A stretch of DNA of 62,449 bases, filler included, from Basidiobolus ranarum (GCA_040143965.1; 22 parts of 22 records of this genome joined end to end with filler, not necessarily neighbours in it); one strand, 5' to 3'. Positions 48,384 through 61,932 are shown, numbered from the whole stretch's first letter. Notes: generated by a model not told the origin, from the sequence alone. Numbers and translations are program-made.

Positions 48384-50306
48384 TTATTTTGGTTGGGATG
48401 TGTCCATTTTTGAGGTGTTTCATGCATAGGTCCTACTAGCCCAATTGCCATTTGCTTGCAAAAACCCAGGAGAAGACGCATGAAATAAGTCAGGAACCTT
48501 CAGAGTAACACCTGGTTGTTGGTTTTTCCACAATTTGCTCAAATCTAGGTGATTTCAGGCAAGATTCTGTGCAGTTTCCAAAGGGTTAAACCATTCATCA
48601 TCTGAGCAAGTGATGGCAGCTCTGACTTTCAGAGACTTTGGTTTGCTGGTTTTCCTATGAGATTTCTACTCTCATGTGCCAAAGCAGTTTTGGGTTGTTG
48701 TGTTGGCTCAATGGTCAAGCACATATTTTGCTCTGCCAGATTGTTACAGGGATGTTGATAAATATGGTGTGAGATTCATTGAAATACCACACAAGAATGG
48801 ACAGAAGTAGCAGCATGTTGCTGTAGCTCAAGTACTGCATTCTGAAAGTCTTGTATCATTAATGAGTGACTCTCTAACTTATGACTAGTTGCTTCAGAAA
48901 ACTGCATTAATTGCAATATCAGAGTGTTATTCCTTGTCATGGCCTGTATAGCAACTTCATAGTCTTTATATATGATCACATACAAATCATTATGGTGTTC
49001 TGACTGGGATTCCCTTGTTGTAATAATTCTATCCAAATGGTCTATGGAGGGATGTTGAACAGTTGGCAAAGTAGGCATTTTGGAAGTTGATGGTCTTGAT
49101 GGTGTTTCTGTTGAACTTTTCTCCACTATTGATTTTCTTGCTGGTTTTTATCCTTTTGTGCCAGCCAGCTTTTGATTAGAAGCCAATTATGATATAGAAT
49201 TTGAACACTTTTTGAGTGGCATTGAAATATTTAGATGGTAAACTTGCTGCAATGAAATTGCTTAGATACAGCTTATAATAAGCCATAATTGACATATATT
49301 ACAGGAAATATCTTGTAAATCCCCTGATGACTTATCTGTGACACTGTCTCAGAATCAGCTGATGATACTAATAGGATATATCTAAAATACCTCCCTTGGA
49401 TAGTAGGTGTTCAATCAGCAAAATCTGTGATGGATGTAATGCAATGGGTTAAGACAACTCCTGAATATATTAACCTTCCAACAAAGGATTCTTTTCAGTT
49501 GGCTCATGGGATTTCACATTGCTTGAGCTCAATAACCACAACAAAACCCAATCTATGGACACAAAGTAAGTACTCCTATAGTTTGGACTAATTTGTTTGT
49601 ATGATAATATGACAGTACTTCTAGGAAAGCTTCAAGACAAACCTCTTGGTGAGATAGATTGAGATACAAAGTATTATCATTTTAGCTATGTGGTAATCTA
49701 GTCAAGCAATGACACATTGACTTGCGATGGGATATTTGTTTACTGCAAGTTGGGGATTTCTTAGTTGAATTCTTTATGGAAATTTGCCACAATCCAAGAG
49801 CTTATTTTCATTGTGAACAGTAACAAGAGTCAGCTATATGCAAAGTGTTAGTGCTTTCAAAATTTAGATGTTTGGCAATTTCTCCATTGTTAATTTGCTG
49901 GTAAAGCATATTGATGTTTTTGAGTTATGTCTAATCAGTCAAGTATGAGCATATGTAGAGAACAAAAACAACAAGATTCTTGTATATTTTGACTCTCACT
50001 ATGGCTGGAATAAAAAGCCTAAAATATCTAAATAAAGGAATGCATACTAATTTGAATTCCTACAGCAGTAAACCCAGTAATTGGCCATTCAAAAATTATA
50101 TTTTTGCAGAAATTGCTGGATAATGAATAACAAATGCCAAATTTGAGGATCAATATTTAAATATGTATGAATACTGCTAAGATACCATCAAGAAACCACC
50201 GTCACATCATCAAAATCCCTGGCAGAATGCAAGCCAACAATATTGTGATGGTTCTCTGATGGTTTTGCTATTTTGGAGGGTGGATCTGATCCAGATCAAA
50301 TCTATT
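48384..50306. mobile_element. CMC/EnSpm transposon, larger internal deletion, with subterminal end
   Basis: ORF2 (-) spans 48384-49350. At ~49412 the sequence jumps to the equivalent of ~53717. It ends GGAGGGTGGATCTGATCCAGATCAAATC. Confidence 0.8.
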
Positions 50307-50309
50307 GAT

Positions 50310-51117
50310 TGGTGATTTAATGTCTTCACCTGGCTTGATCTTTAAGTTAAAGAATTGTATTCTTAGAAACATCTTGTTGGCAGCAGAACATGTTTGGTAG
50401 GTGTCTTCCAAGGCTTTACATACCTTCTTGGCAGTTTTAACACTTGAACATTTAAATATAATTTTTCTTTAACATTAATACAAATTGTGTTAAAGGCACT
50501 TTGTTCTAATTTAACCTGGAGTAAAACTTTGGTTTCATATAGTTTTGCATTATTTTCTTCTCCTACAACAGTGTCCTAAAGTCCTTTTTCTTGCAGCAAC
50601 ATTTTCATTTTAATTTTTGATACTTGATAATTAGTTCCTGCCAACTGATCAGATTAAGGAAAAGTTTCATGAATTTGAGAAGTAGACACTGCAGAGAGTT
50701 CAAGCTCAGGGCTCATAGCCTGTTAGAGTACTTGGGAGCCTGTTGGAAGTGGTTTGGAGAATTAGAGGAATTAGTGGCTTTCACTGATTGATTTGTTGAG
50801 TAGAGAGTTGACATTTATAGTTTGGTCAAGATGTAAACAAAGTTAAATGTAGAATGCATTGAGAAAGGTCCTACAAACATTTGTGCAAAGATTGGGGCTT
50901 CCACCACAAGTTTGAAAAATCTATATATCTGAAAACCTTTAAGTACATCAAAGTACTCTAAGAAAATTCTGACCAAGAGTAATTGAAAATATCTTAGTGA
51001 ATTATAAATAGCCAAGAACTCATCAGCCATTGCAGATCTCCAAAATATTGTGTGAGGGCCATTCAGGGCCTCTTTTACAGTCTGGGGCTCATGTATTTGA
51101 GTTGTGCAGGCATAGGC
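50310..51117 (-). mobile_element. Copia family A gag start, PBS (50707-50720), partial LTR (from 50721) and an RT-start fragment
   Basis: Homologous to 37780-38428. EPQTVKEALNG...WRSAMADEF at 51020-51117. Confidence 0.85.
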
Positions 51118-51217
51118 NNNNNNNNNNNNNNNNNNNNNNNNNNNNNNNNNNNNNNNNNNNNTTAATTAATTAANNNNNNNNNNNNNNNNNNNNNNNNNNN
51201 NNNNNNNNNNNNNNNNN

Positions 51218-51559
51218 ACTATTGCTGGAAAGGAACACATCTGGTAAATTGATTAATGCTTCATCATTACTTGAGTTAGTTTCCGGCATGTTAATGCCTT
51301 CCAAAGTGGATAGTGGAATGCTAGACTGCTCATCAATTAAGTCCTCTGTTCTTGCTGGTTTTTTTCCTTTTGTGACAGCAGGCTTTGGCTTTGCAGCCCA
51401 TTTTGACTTGTATTTGAATGCTTTTTGAATGGCATTGAAATTTTCAGATGGTAAACTTGGTGTAATGAAATTGCTTAGAAACAGCTCATAATACACTAAA
51501 ATTGCCATCCATTACTGGAAATATCTTAATATCCCCTGATGACTCATCTGCGACATCAT
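51218..51559 (-). pseudogene. CMC transposon ORF2, N-terminal part (unknown protein)
   Basis: MAILVYYELFLSNFITPSLPSENFNAIQKAFKYKSKWAAKPKP is conserved in the copies at ~46620-46800 and ~49130-49300. Confidence 0.65.
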
Positions 51560-51646
51560 CTCAGAATCAGCTGATGATATTGATGGGCTATACCTAAAAT
51601 ACCACCCTTACATGGGAGGTGTTCTTTGTTCTATAATATCCTTCTC

Positions 51647-53844
51647 ATGCCACAACACAAATGTTTAAAGAAGCCCTGCTATTATTGTTGCAAATTCTTG
51701 TGCTATGAAAGCCAGAGACTTCATAGAAAAAATAATCACAAGCACAGTGACTGTACAAAGCCACCAGCTGCACAAACCCTGGTGTATAACAACAGTAATA
51801 AGTGCACTAAATTGACTTTAGTTTTACCTATTGAGGCCACTGACTGTAGTTTGCCTCAAATTTTGGTAACACTGCCAAAAGTCAAGATACCGTGGATTTA
51901 CCACAGTTATATGATCAGAATGATGTAGGTCAAAATGCAACTTTGGTCAAACCAGTAAGTCCAGACAACTTTGAGGATTTGTGACTGGATGTTGACCTTG
52001 GTTATTCCAGTACAGATGGTAGTATATCAGAAGTTGAAGAAGAAGACAATGGTTTTGTTGCAGACTCTTTCTTATTGGCAAACATTAGTCCACTCATAAC
52101 ACTTACAGTAAAGATAGTTGCTTTGATTATTGAGGAGTGGAGAGTTCAATCCAATCTTAGCAACCATGTTTTTATTGGTCTTCTTACACTTTACCACAGT
52201 GATTGGCAACTGTTGCTTGCCACAGACCTGGTACAAGTGGAAAACACTTGTCAATTGTATGACATTTAATCCTTCAGTAATTAAACTGCCTTCATGTCCA
52301 GATGCTTGTTTGGCTTTCACCAGTGATCTGTAAAACCTGAAGTCATGTGGTGTTTGCACACAATTGGCAATCACTGAATCAGGAAAATATCATTCATATT
52401 TGGCTTACATACCATCAATTTCCCATCTTAGAGTTTTGATGAAATCACCCAAACATAGTTCATTGATCCAATACCAAAGTACTCACTGTAAAGCTGATGG
52501 TATTACCAATATACTTGATGGATATCACTACCAGAATTTGAAAGGTCAAGATTTCTTTGCGAACATGTATGATCATGCATTTGCATTGGCTATGGATGGT
52601 TTCTCACTAAACAAATATACCGTTGGAAAGGCTTGCTGGCCAATAATTTTAATCAAGTAAAATCTTCCTCCTTATGAATGGTATAAGAGTCATAATATTT
52701 TGATACTATCCATCATATCTGGACCTAAATCACCAGTGCTTATGGATAGCTTCTTGGAGCCTTTGATTGTGGAATTTGAATGGTTATCCAATGGGGTTCA
52801 GATGGGTGAATATTTTATTAAAGCTATTATCAATATATGTATTGGTGACACACCTGCCATCAGTAAACTTGGAGGTTTTTGTGGGTACAATGCACTATCT
52901 TGCTGTAGATTTTGTCAAATCTATGCAGTTTATTCTAACAGGCATACACTTTACTACTATTCAAATACAACACTAATCTTCATGAATTTACCATCAAGAG
53001 CCTGGTCAGATTGCAACATGATCACTGATATCAATTCACCAAATAGTGAGTCTGACATCAAACTTGGTATTAGACATAAGCCTGAGATTATATTGCCAAA
53101 GGGGATCAGCTGGAGCCAAAGCTTCCCATTAGGCACTATGCACTTACTACTCAACAACAATTTAATACTACTTACTCAGCTATATAGTGGAAAATTCAAT
53201 ATGAATGAGCCTTTTGAGATAGGATCAAAGTTTTAATCAAATGGGAAAATGCTTGAAAATGTGAAGGTACCATCATATTTTACCAGGACTCGCATCAATA
53301 TCCACTCATCTAGGTGTTTATTCATATGCAAAGACTGGAAATATTGGATTTGTATATATTCAAGTAGAATTTTGAAAAGATTACTGCCTGATAAGTATTG
53401 GCAACAATGGGAGTTGTTTGTGGACATTGTTAACATATTCTTATGGCATCAACTCACATTGGCAGATCTCAGGCAGATACAGCAACTGTGCAAAGATTTT
53501 GGAATTGGATATGAAAAACTTTATTACAGGTTTAAAGAAGTTAGACTGAATCTGTGCCAGTATTCAATACATTCTCTGCTGCATCTTTCACAATGCTTTG
53601 AGATTATAGGCCCTTGCTATACATTCTGGGAGTTCCCAATGGAGCACACCTGTGGTGAAATGCTGCTTTGTGTGAAATTGTCAGTATTACTATATGCCAA
53701 TCTGTTTAACAATGTATTAGCAAAATCAGTTATGCATGTAATGCAATGGGCTAAGGAGACACCAGAGTGTATTAACCTCCCAACAAAGGGCTCTTTTCAA
53801 TGTGCTCTCCGGTTTTTGCATTGTTTGGGCACAATTACAGCAAC
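51647..53844 (+). mobile_element. CMC/EnSpm (CACTA, Transposase_21/DUF4218-like) transposase pseudogene
   Basis: N-terminal CxxC...H cluster. LAMDGF, WPIILI..NLPP, IISGPKSP..MDSFLEPL, GDTPAISKLGGF.GYNA...CRFC, FPLGTMHLL, IHSLLHL, GPCYTFWEFPME. Several stops and frameshifts. Confidence 0.9.
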
Positions 53845-54051
53845 AATTATTGGCCAGCAAGTCTTTCCAATGGTATATTTGTTTAGTGAGAAACCATCCA
53901 GAGCCAATGCAAATGCATGATTATATGTGTTCTCAATGAGACCTTGACTTTNNNNNNNNNNNNNNNNNNNNNNNNNNNNNNNNNNNNNNNNNNNNTTAAT
54001 TAATTAANNNNNNNNNNNNNNNNNNNNNNNNNNNNNNNNNNNNNNNNNNNN

Positions 54052-56784
54052 TTGATTTTAGTTCAGGTTTCAGTCTGCACAAGTGCCTTAAAATCTCTAA
54101 AGATAGAGGGAGCTTCTTCTTTTCTTTTGATAAAGTAGACCCAAGTGTATTTTGTACAATCAGTTTCTTGCTTAATTCCATGAACTTGGCAAAAGTGCTT
54201 AAATAGTGTTAAAGTATATTCTCCACCATTATCAGTACATATTTTCTTGATTTTAGTTCAGGTTTCAGTCTGCACAAGTGCCTTAAAATCTCTAAAGATA
54301 GAGGGAGCTTCTTCTTTTCTTTTGATAAAGTAGACCCAAGTGTATTTTGTACAATCATCAGTAAATGTGATTAAATATCTTTTTCCACATAAAGATAAAT
54401 TTTGCATATATCCACACAAATCTATATGACTTAGATCCAATTATTTGATAGATTTGATTAAACCAGAGCTCTTGAATATTTATCTGGCTTGTTTCCATAT
54501 GTACAACCCTCACAAATTTCTATTTTGGTTGGGGGGGTTTTAGTTTGAATTCCAAAAGTTAGGCAATTTTTGATCCTTTTGCTCAAATAATCAAATTCAT
54601 TATGGCCAAATCTCTTATGCTGTATTGAATAGCTTCTTGATTGAGATTACTGATATTTACACATAAGGCTCTCGGATTATATGTAAGTTTGAATAAGTTT
54701 GGATCCTTTTCTCCCAAAGCTAAATAGTTCCCATTTTTATCAGAAATGGTGCGTCCTGACTTATCAAAATTGAATTTTAGCCCTTCTGAGATAGCCTTGA
54801 ATCCAGATATTAAATTCTTGGTAATATCTGGAACATCTAGTACATCTTTAAATGTATACACTTTCTCTTTGGAAGCTCCATTTAAATTGACTTGAATTGT
54901 TCCCATTCCAATAGCATCCAATGTGTGGTCATCTCCCATGAAAACCTTTCTATATGGGATTTCTTCAAAATCCACACATCAATGTTTTACATTTGTTAAA
55001 TGTTGGGAGGCTTGAGAATCAGTATACCACATCTCAGAATCCTTATTGGTAGTCATAGATAGACAAGATATCAACAAGTGATCTCCAGTTATTGCCACAT
55101 TTCCAGATTCTGTATTTTTTTCTTCTTTACAATTCTTTCAAAGCAATCTTTGCTTAAATGGCCATTTCTGTTACAGTAATCACAAAATTTGTTACTGTTA
55201 TTCTTAAAGTGCTTTTGATCTTTATAGGAAGGTTCCCCATAGCCCATTGAAGCATTTTCTTCATTCTTTTGGTTGGATCCCAATTTGCATAAATCTTCAG
55301 TTGTAAGTCTGCCAAATACAAAATTCAAGGTCAAATATTCAGTTCCTGATTATAGAGCCATTACTAGGATCTGAAACTTGTGTGGCAGGCTATTCAGGAC
55401 TGTAACTATGGTATCTTAATCAGTAGTTGGTTTCCTCAATGCATTCCATTTCTTCCACTAGAATAGTGACTCCATGTATTAGTGATTTAATGTCTTCTCC
55501 AGGCTTTATCTTCCAGTTAAAGAATTGTCTTCTTAGAAACACCTTGTTGGCAGCAGATATTGTTTGATATGTGTCTTCCAAGCCTTTCCATACCATTTGG
55601 GCAGTTTTAGATCTTTAATATGCAATTAGCAACTTGTCTTTAACATTAAGACAATGTGTGTTAAAGGCACTCTATTCTTTCTTAACCTGGGGTAAAGCTT
55701 AGGTTTTAGATAGTTTTGCATTATTTTCTTCTCCTACAACAGTGTCCTAAAGTCATTTTTCTTGCAGCAGCATTTTCATTTTAATTTTCAAACTTGATAA
55801 TTGGTTCCATCCTATTTATCAGTAGAGGAAAAAGTTCCATAAATTTGAGAAGTAGACATTACAGAGGGTGCCAGCTTGGGACTTGTAACCTGGTAAAGTA
55901 TCTGGGAGCCTGTTGGAAGTGGTTTGGAGAATTAGAGGAATTGGTGGTTTTCACTTATTGATATATTGAGTAGAAAGTTGACATTTGTAGTTTTGTCAAG
56001 ATGTAAGCAAACTAACATATAGGATATGTTAAGGAAGGTCCCAGGAACATGTGTGCAAAGTTTGGGGCTTCTGGCACAAGTTTGAAAAATCAATATATCT
56101 GAGAACTTCTAAGTTGGTAAAAATATTCTAAGTAAATTCCAATTGAGAATAATTGATAATATCTTAGTGAGCCATAAGATAACCAAGTACTAAGTTATAT
56201 ATGACTATATAGGTGTATAGGCAATGCTAATTTCAACACTCTCCCTCAACTAAATAGTCTTATAAAATAATCCTAATAAAGGTCTAAGTTTCTCAAATTT
56301 CTCCCAGCTAATGGTTTGGTTTATATATTGGCAATCATGTCTTCTGTAGAGCAATAAGCTAAGTCAACAAACTTATTCTCTATAGTCTCTCTAATGAAGT
56401 GATGCTTAATATCTATATGTTTGATTCTATTATGAATTGTGGGATTTTAAGCTAATTTGACACAACTTTGATTATCTTGAAATATCATAGTTGGTGAATT
56501 TTGAGAATAACTCAAATCTGTTAAGAGTTTTCATAACCATATTGCTTCTTTTGTTACTTCACAGGCAGCAATGTATTCAGCTTCTGCTGTTGAAAGTGCT
56601 ATGGTAGGTTGTTTCTTTGAATTCCAAGATATAGCTCCAATACAGCTAGGAAACAAGTATCCTGTTGTAGATCTCCTGTGTTCAATATCTCTTCCCCAAT
56701 TTGCATCTGAATATCCCATCAGATCAAAGTTTGATACAGAATATGTGTATTTCAAGCATAGTTCCACAGTACCTTTCAAACATT
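54052..56784 (-). mobile_element. Copia family A tandem junction: RNase H, PPT, LTR (55891-56238), PBS, gag, protease, integrase
   Basis: GYSDANWG...RRSTTGY...SWNSKKQPTIALSTAEAEY. PPT GTTGAGGGAGAG. 348-bp LTR. Degenerate PBS GGTTACAAGTCCC. Gag as at 37750-38070. Confidence 0.9.
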
Positions 56785-58039
56785 NNNNNNNNNNNNNNNN
56801 NNNNNNNNNNNNNNNNNNNNNNNNNNNNTTAATTAATTAANNNNNNNNNNNNNNNNNNNNNNNNNNNNNNNNNNNNNNNNNNNNTGGTTCTTGAAACCTC
56901 ACAACTTCACCCCAATGTTTTCATAACCAATAAAACTTTAGACATATGTAGCCAAGACAATTGGCAACCCTGTGAAGAAATATTGCATTTTAGGACATCA
57001 GAACAGCTGAGAAAATATACTATCTGTAAGCAGCTCCAAAAGTTCTGGATTGGAGGCACTTAAGGTTGATACAAATTTGGTCAAAAGATGAAAGCAAGCA
57101 GTTTGGTAGAACACATTTATGTAGTACTTTTATACCACATAAACCTGGAAATTGGATTTTGGATTTCATGTTGGGAAGTCTAAATTTTGAAATCAGATTC
57201 CTAACACTAATACAACCTTGAACTATCAACCAATAATTGATGGCACTTGTGAAGATATGATGCTTGAATCGATGTTACAGCTCATGGAGTTCTTGAACAT
57301 ATCTGGATTCTCATACATTCAAGTATTTCAAGCTTTCCTACATATCCTTTAGCTATTAGAGCAGCTGCTAATACCCCAATACCTACAAAACCAGTCCTTA
57401 AAATGTTAACAGCTCTAGCATAAGCATATATTTTCTAGCAAGTGAACTTTGCTGACAAAAGCTACTAGCCACCAGAAAAGCTTCTATTCAGTTGAATGAT
57501 GTAACAGTGTACTAATATTGCTATGCTATTTTTCTAATCATGACTATTGGAAAAAACTTGAGTTGTACAAGGTTGGACAGATGATAAGTGTAATAAAACA
57601 CACTGCACCACCAGCTGCTAATATAGAGACTATGTCTTTGGACACATATATTTAGCTAAATTTACGCATAATTGGTCATCCATGGTGAGAAATAAAGGGA
57701 AGCAATAAAAGCTATTTGATTGCTTAGAACATAAAGAAGTAGTAGAATTATTCATCACAGAATGCACTTATTTCTGGCTTTTAATCTTAGAACTCCATGT
57801 ACAGGCTTACTTAAACCATTGTTTCCCATACATTAATCAGTTAAGGTAAATCCAATAGCTCTTGGATGTTACATGATAATACCCCATGATCAATTGTTGT
57901 CACAACACTTCTGGATTGAGCATGTTTTTCTTCATTTGCAACTCTTTTAAGGCAATCCTTAATGAAATAGTCTGTTCTTACATGGTTATCAAAGAAAGTG
58001 TTTCATTTCTTTATTCTACTTTTGACCTCTATAGGTATT

Positions 58040-59038
58040 CAAGAATTCAGGGAGTGTGTTGGAACTGGTCTGAAGAACCAGCAAAGCTGGTGGCTTTACT
58101 TATTGATTAAATGGCTAGAAAGTTGAGATTAAGCGATTTGTCAAGAAGTAGGCATATTAAAAGATAGATTTTGGCAGGGAGGATACTGTAAACATGTATG
58201 CAAAGCTTGGAGCTTCTAGCAGAAGTTTGAAGAAAGTAAATTCCCACTCAGTATAACAGTTGCTATCTTCAAGAGAAATAGGATATTTACATCCTAATTT
58301 TTATATAACCATATAGGGGTTTAGGCAATGCTAATTTTAACACACTCTCTTAGCATACTTGCCAAATAAACAAATCCCAAGGAAGGTCTAAATTGCTCAA
58401 ATTTATGTCTATCAAATAGTTTTGCTCATATATCAGATATCATGTTTGCTGTTCCACAATATGTTAAGTCAACATACTTATTCACTGTAGTCTCTCTAAC
58501 AAGGTAATGTCCAATATCTTTGGTTTACTTCCAGCAGGAATCTTGCAATAACATAGTTGTGAATCTTCAAAATAGTTAAAATCTGTTGTGAGTTATCTTA
58601 ACCATGTTGGTTGTTTTGTTGCTTCACAAGCAGGCATGTATTCTACTTTTGTTGCTGAAAGTGCTACTATAGATTTTTTCTTTGAATCCCAAGAAACAGC
58701 AATATCACAGCAAAGAAGTAGGTGTTTAGTTTTAGATCTCTTGCAACATTATATCTTCCACAATTGGAACATAAATATCTTATTATCTTCAATCAAGCAT
58801 ATGTGCATTTCAAGCACATATCCACACCACTTTATGTCAAACTTATTCTTTTGGTTGTCAGTAGATCTAAATTTCAATTCAAAGATAGTACATCTGTTCA
58901 CCCATAAAAGACTTCTGAATTAGGCAGATAAGCTGGATTTAGTTTTCTCCAAAGTCCTCAAATCATTGGACTTGTTCCATTGTGCCACAATTCATTGAAC
59001 CTTGGATCAATATATTGCTTAATTGCATTCAAACTGAT
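58040..59038 (-). mobile_element. Copia family A-like 3' end (RT/RNase H remnant and degraded 3' LTR, ~58040-58342)
   Basis: SWDSKKKSIVALSATKVEY on the - strand. LTR edge GCAATGCTAATTTTAACA. Confidence 0.8.
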
Positions 59039-59617
59039 TGTCACAGTAAGGAACTGGACAAGGACTGGAAACAATGACAAGAGGCTAGAAGGCAGGAGAG
59101 TACTTGGGTGTAGAGCACATGACAAGGCAAGACAAGACTGGACAGGGAAGATACTCTGGCAAGAACCTTCATTGATAAATGGCATTGATCAGAGTGAGGT
59201 CTGATCAAGGAATACATGGGGCTTATATAGTCATTGCAGGGTGAAACATAATATAACAAATAGGGAATATACTATGGTAAGTTTAAGTGTTGGGGTGTTG
59301 GGGACTACAAGAACCAATACAAAGAGGAATAATGTAAGGATGATCAGGTGACCTTCCATGGAAGGTCTTGGCGGATATACACCATGTCTGAGATGATATG
59401 ATTAGTTAGGCTTCATGGAATGTTCTAAAGAACATTACTTCCATATATGGTAACTTGGATGAACTAACACAAGATTGCCAGGAAGGGATGGTACAACTGA
59501 TATGATGTCATAATCTAATAATGGAAGAGTTCTATTTGCAGTGGATCAGTATGCCAAGTTCAGAATCATGACAGTATCTGCTCCTTTAGTGATGGCTCCC
59601 AGACATCATACAGCCAG
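59039..59617 (-). mobile_element. Gypsy family C 3' LTR (59039-59573, ~535 bp) with a purine-rich upstream tract, nested in copia
   Basis: TG...CA ends (TGTCATGATTC...CTTACTGTGACA on the - strand). Matches 9112-9493 and 23551-23860. Confidence 0.82.
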
Positions 59618-59717
59618 NNNNNNNNNNNNNNNNNNNNNNNNNNNNNNNNNNNNNNNNNNNNTTAATTAATTAANNNNNNNNNNNNNNNNNNNNNNNNNNN
59701 NNNNNNNNNNNNNNNNN

Positions 59718-59965
59718 TACTGGTAGACATTCCTTTAACAGCTAGCTTGGGGCTCATAACCTGATAAAAGTGTTTAGGGGATTTGGAAGTGTTTTGGACA
59801 AGATTTGGATTTGTGAATTAGACCCTTATGTTTTATTGATTTGAATATGTCCCATTTATAGTTTGCTATGAAATAGAAATATTGAACATGCTTAGATCAT
59901 AAAAAACATGCCTGTTAAGCATGGGTGAAAATTTGAGGTGATTGGGAGAAATTTTGAGAAAATAA
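59718..59965 (-). mobile_element. Copia family B partial 5' LTR (from 59762), PBS (59750-59761) and gag start
   Basis: On the - strand: CACTTTTATCA-GGTTATGAGCCC-CAAGC...ATGTCTACCAGT. Confidence 0.85.
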
Positions 59966-61930
59966 CTCTGACATAAGCAATGCACACTCTGATCCCCCAA
60001 TGTTTTACATCCAGTTTAACATCAAACCAAGCTTCATATAGTGTAGGGTTAAAAAGACTGCTAGTATAATGTAATTATTGAGATATACAGCTGTAGCAAC
60101 AGATTTGACCTAAAAGTTAAGAGATAAGTTTTGTGCATTTATCATTGATCTTTCCGCTTGTATTATGGTAGTGTTACCTCTTTTAGCAACTCCATTTTGT
60201 TGAGGTGAACAGAGGGCAGTAGTTTCATGCTTAATTTCTTCAACTTTGCATAAATGTTTAAATACGGTTCAAGTATCTCTTTCACCATTGGCAGTAGTAA
60301 TTTTGTGATTTTAGTGCCAGTTTCAGTCTCCACAAATGTTTTAAAATCTTGCAAGATATAGAGAGCCTCTTCTTTTCTTTCCATAAGAAGACCCTAGTGT
60401 TTCTTGCATAATCATCAATAAATATGTTTGGATATCTTTTGCCACCCAAAGATGAATGTTGCATGGGTCCACACAAATCTGAATGAATTTGATATAATAT
60501 TTTGACAGCTTGGATTAAACCAGAGCTCTTGAACATTTGCCTGGCTTGTTTTTAATATATACAACCTTCACAAATTGCCATTTGGGTTGGGGATTGGGTA
60601 GAATTCCTGAAATTAACAAATTTTTGATCATTTTGCTCAAACAATCAAATCCAATATGGACAAGTGTCTCATGCCATAGTTAAATAGTTTCTTGATTGGA
60701 ATAACTTATATTTACATGTAAACCTCTTGTATTGTATGTAAGTTTGTATAAGTTTTGATTGTTTTCTCCCAAAGGTAAGTAGTTCCTATTTTGATCAGGG
60801 ATGCTGCATCCTGACTTATCAGATTGAATTTTAGCCCTTATGAGATGGCTTTGCATACAGATGTTAAGTTCTTGGCTGTATCTGCAATATGTTGTACATC
60901 TTTAAAAGTATACACTTTCTCTTCAGAAGCTCCAGTTGAATTGACTTGAATTGTTCCTATTCCAAGGGCATCCAATGTGCCAACATCTCCCACAACAGCC
61001 TTTCTGATTGGGACTTCTTAATAATCAACCAGCCAGTGTCTGGTATTTGTGAAATGTTGGGATGCTCCAGAATCAATATATCAGTCTGAGAACCCTTGTT
61101 GGTAGGCATATATGGAGCAAATATGAAAAAGGAATCTTCTGTTGTAATGACAATTTCCGATTCAATATGTTTTTTTCTTGTGCCATTCTTTTAAAGCAAT
61201 CCTGGCTTAAATGGCCAGTTTTTTAATCACCCAGTGTGTTACTTTTCTCCCTAAAGTGCTTTTTACCTGAATAGGAAGGTTTCCTATAGCCTATTGAAGC
61301 ATTTTCTTCATTCATTTAGTTGGATCCCAATTTGGATGAAAATTTATCCAGCAGTCTGCAAATTACATATTTAGGGTCACATTTTCAGTTCTTGATTCTA
61401 CATCCATTACTAGGCTTGTGATCTTGTCAGACAGGTGATTCAGGACTGCATCAATTACACCTTGATCAGTGGTAGGTACCCCAATGCATTCCATTTCATC
61501 CACAAAAAATAGTAACTCAATCAATTACTCATTTGATGTATCGTTCTGGCTTAATCTTTAAGTTAAAGAATTGTCTTCTTAGAAGCATCTTGTGGGCTGC
61601 ATAACATGTTTGGTTGATGTCTCCCAAGGCTTTCCATGCCTTGTTGGCAGTTTAGCTCTTGAATATGAAATTAGCAATCTGGCTTTAATAATAAGACAAA
61701 TTGTGTTGTAGGCTTATTATTCTTTTTTAACCTATAGTAAAACTTTTCTATCAGATAATGTTGCATTGTTTTCTTCTCCTAAAACAGTGTCCTAAAGTCC
61801 TTTTTCTTGCAGCAGCATTTTCATTTTAATTTTCTAAACTTAATAAATGGATCCATACAATTTTTCAGAAGAGGGAAAAGTTCCATTAATTTGAGAAGTA
61901 GGCTCTACAGGGAGTGTAAACGCTGGGCTG
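59966..61930 (-). mobile_element. Copia family A internal remnant (gag to integrase)
   Basis: QIHSDLCGPMQHSSLGGKRY, IDSGASQHFTN. Gag homologous to 55000-55860. Confidence 0.88.
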
Positions 61931-61932
61931 AT

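Noticed and set aside
51536-51580. Paired CTGATGA motifs (also ~46821 and ~49324) as hammerhead ribozyme cores
   Set aside because: No stem II followed by GAAA. The motif is explained by the antisense coding of ORF2.
54052-54162. Exact ~110-bp direct duplication of 54247-54357
   Set aside because: A perfect copy at a contig edge inside an otherwise decayed element is most likely an assembly artefact.
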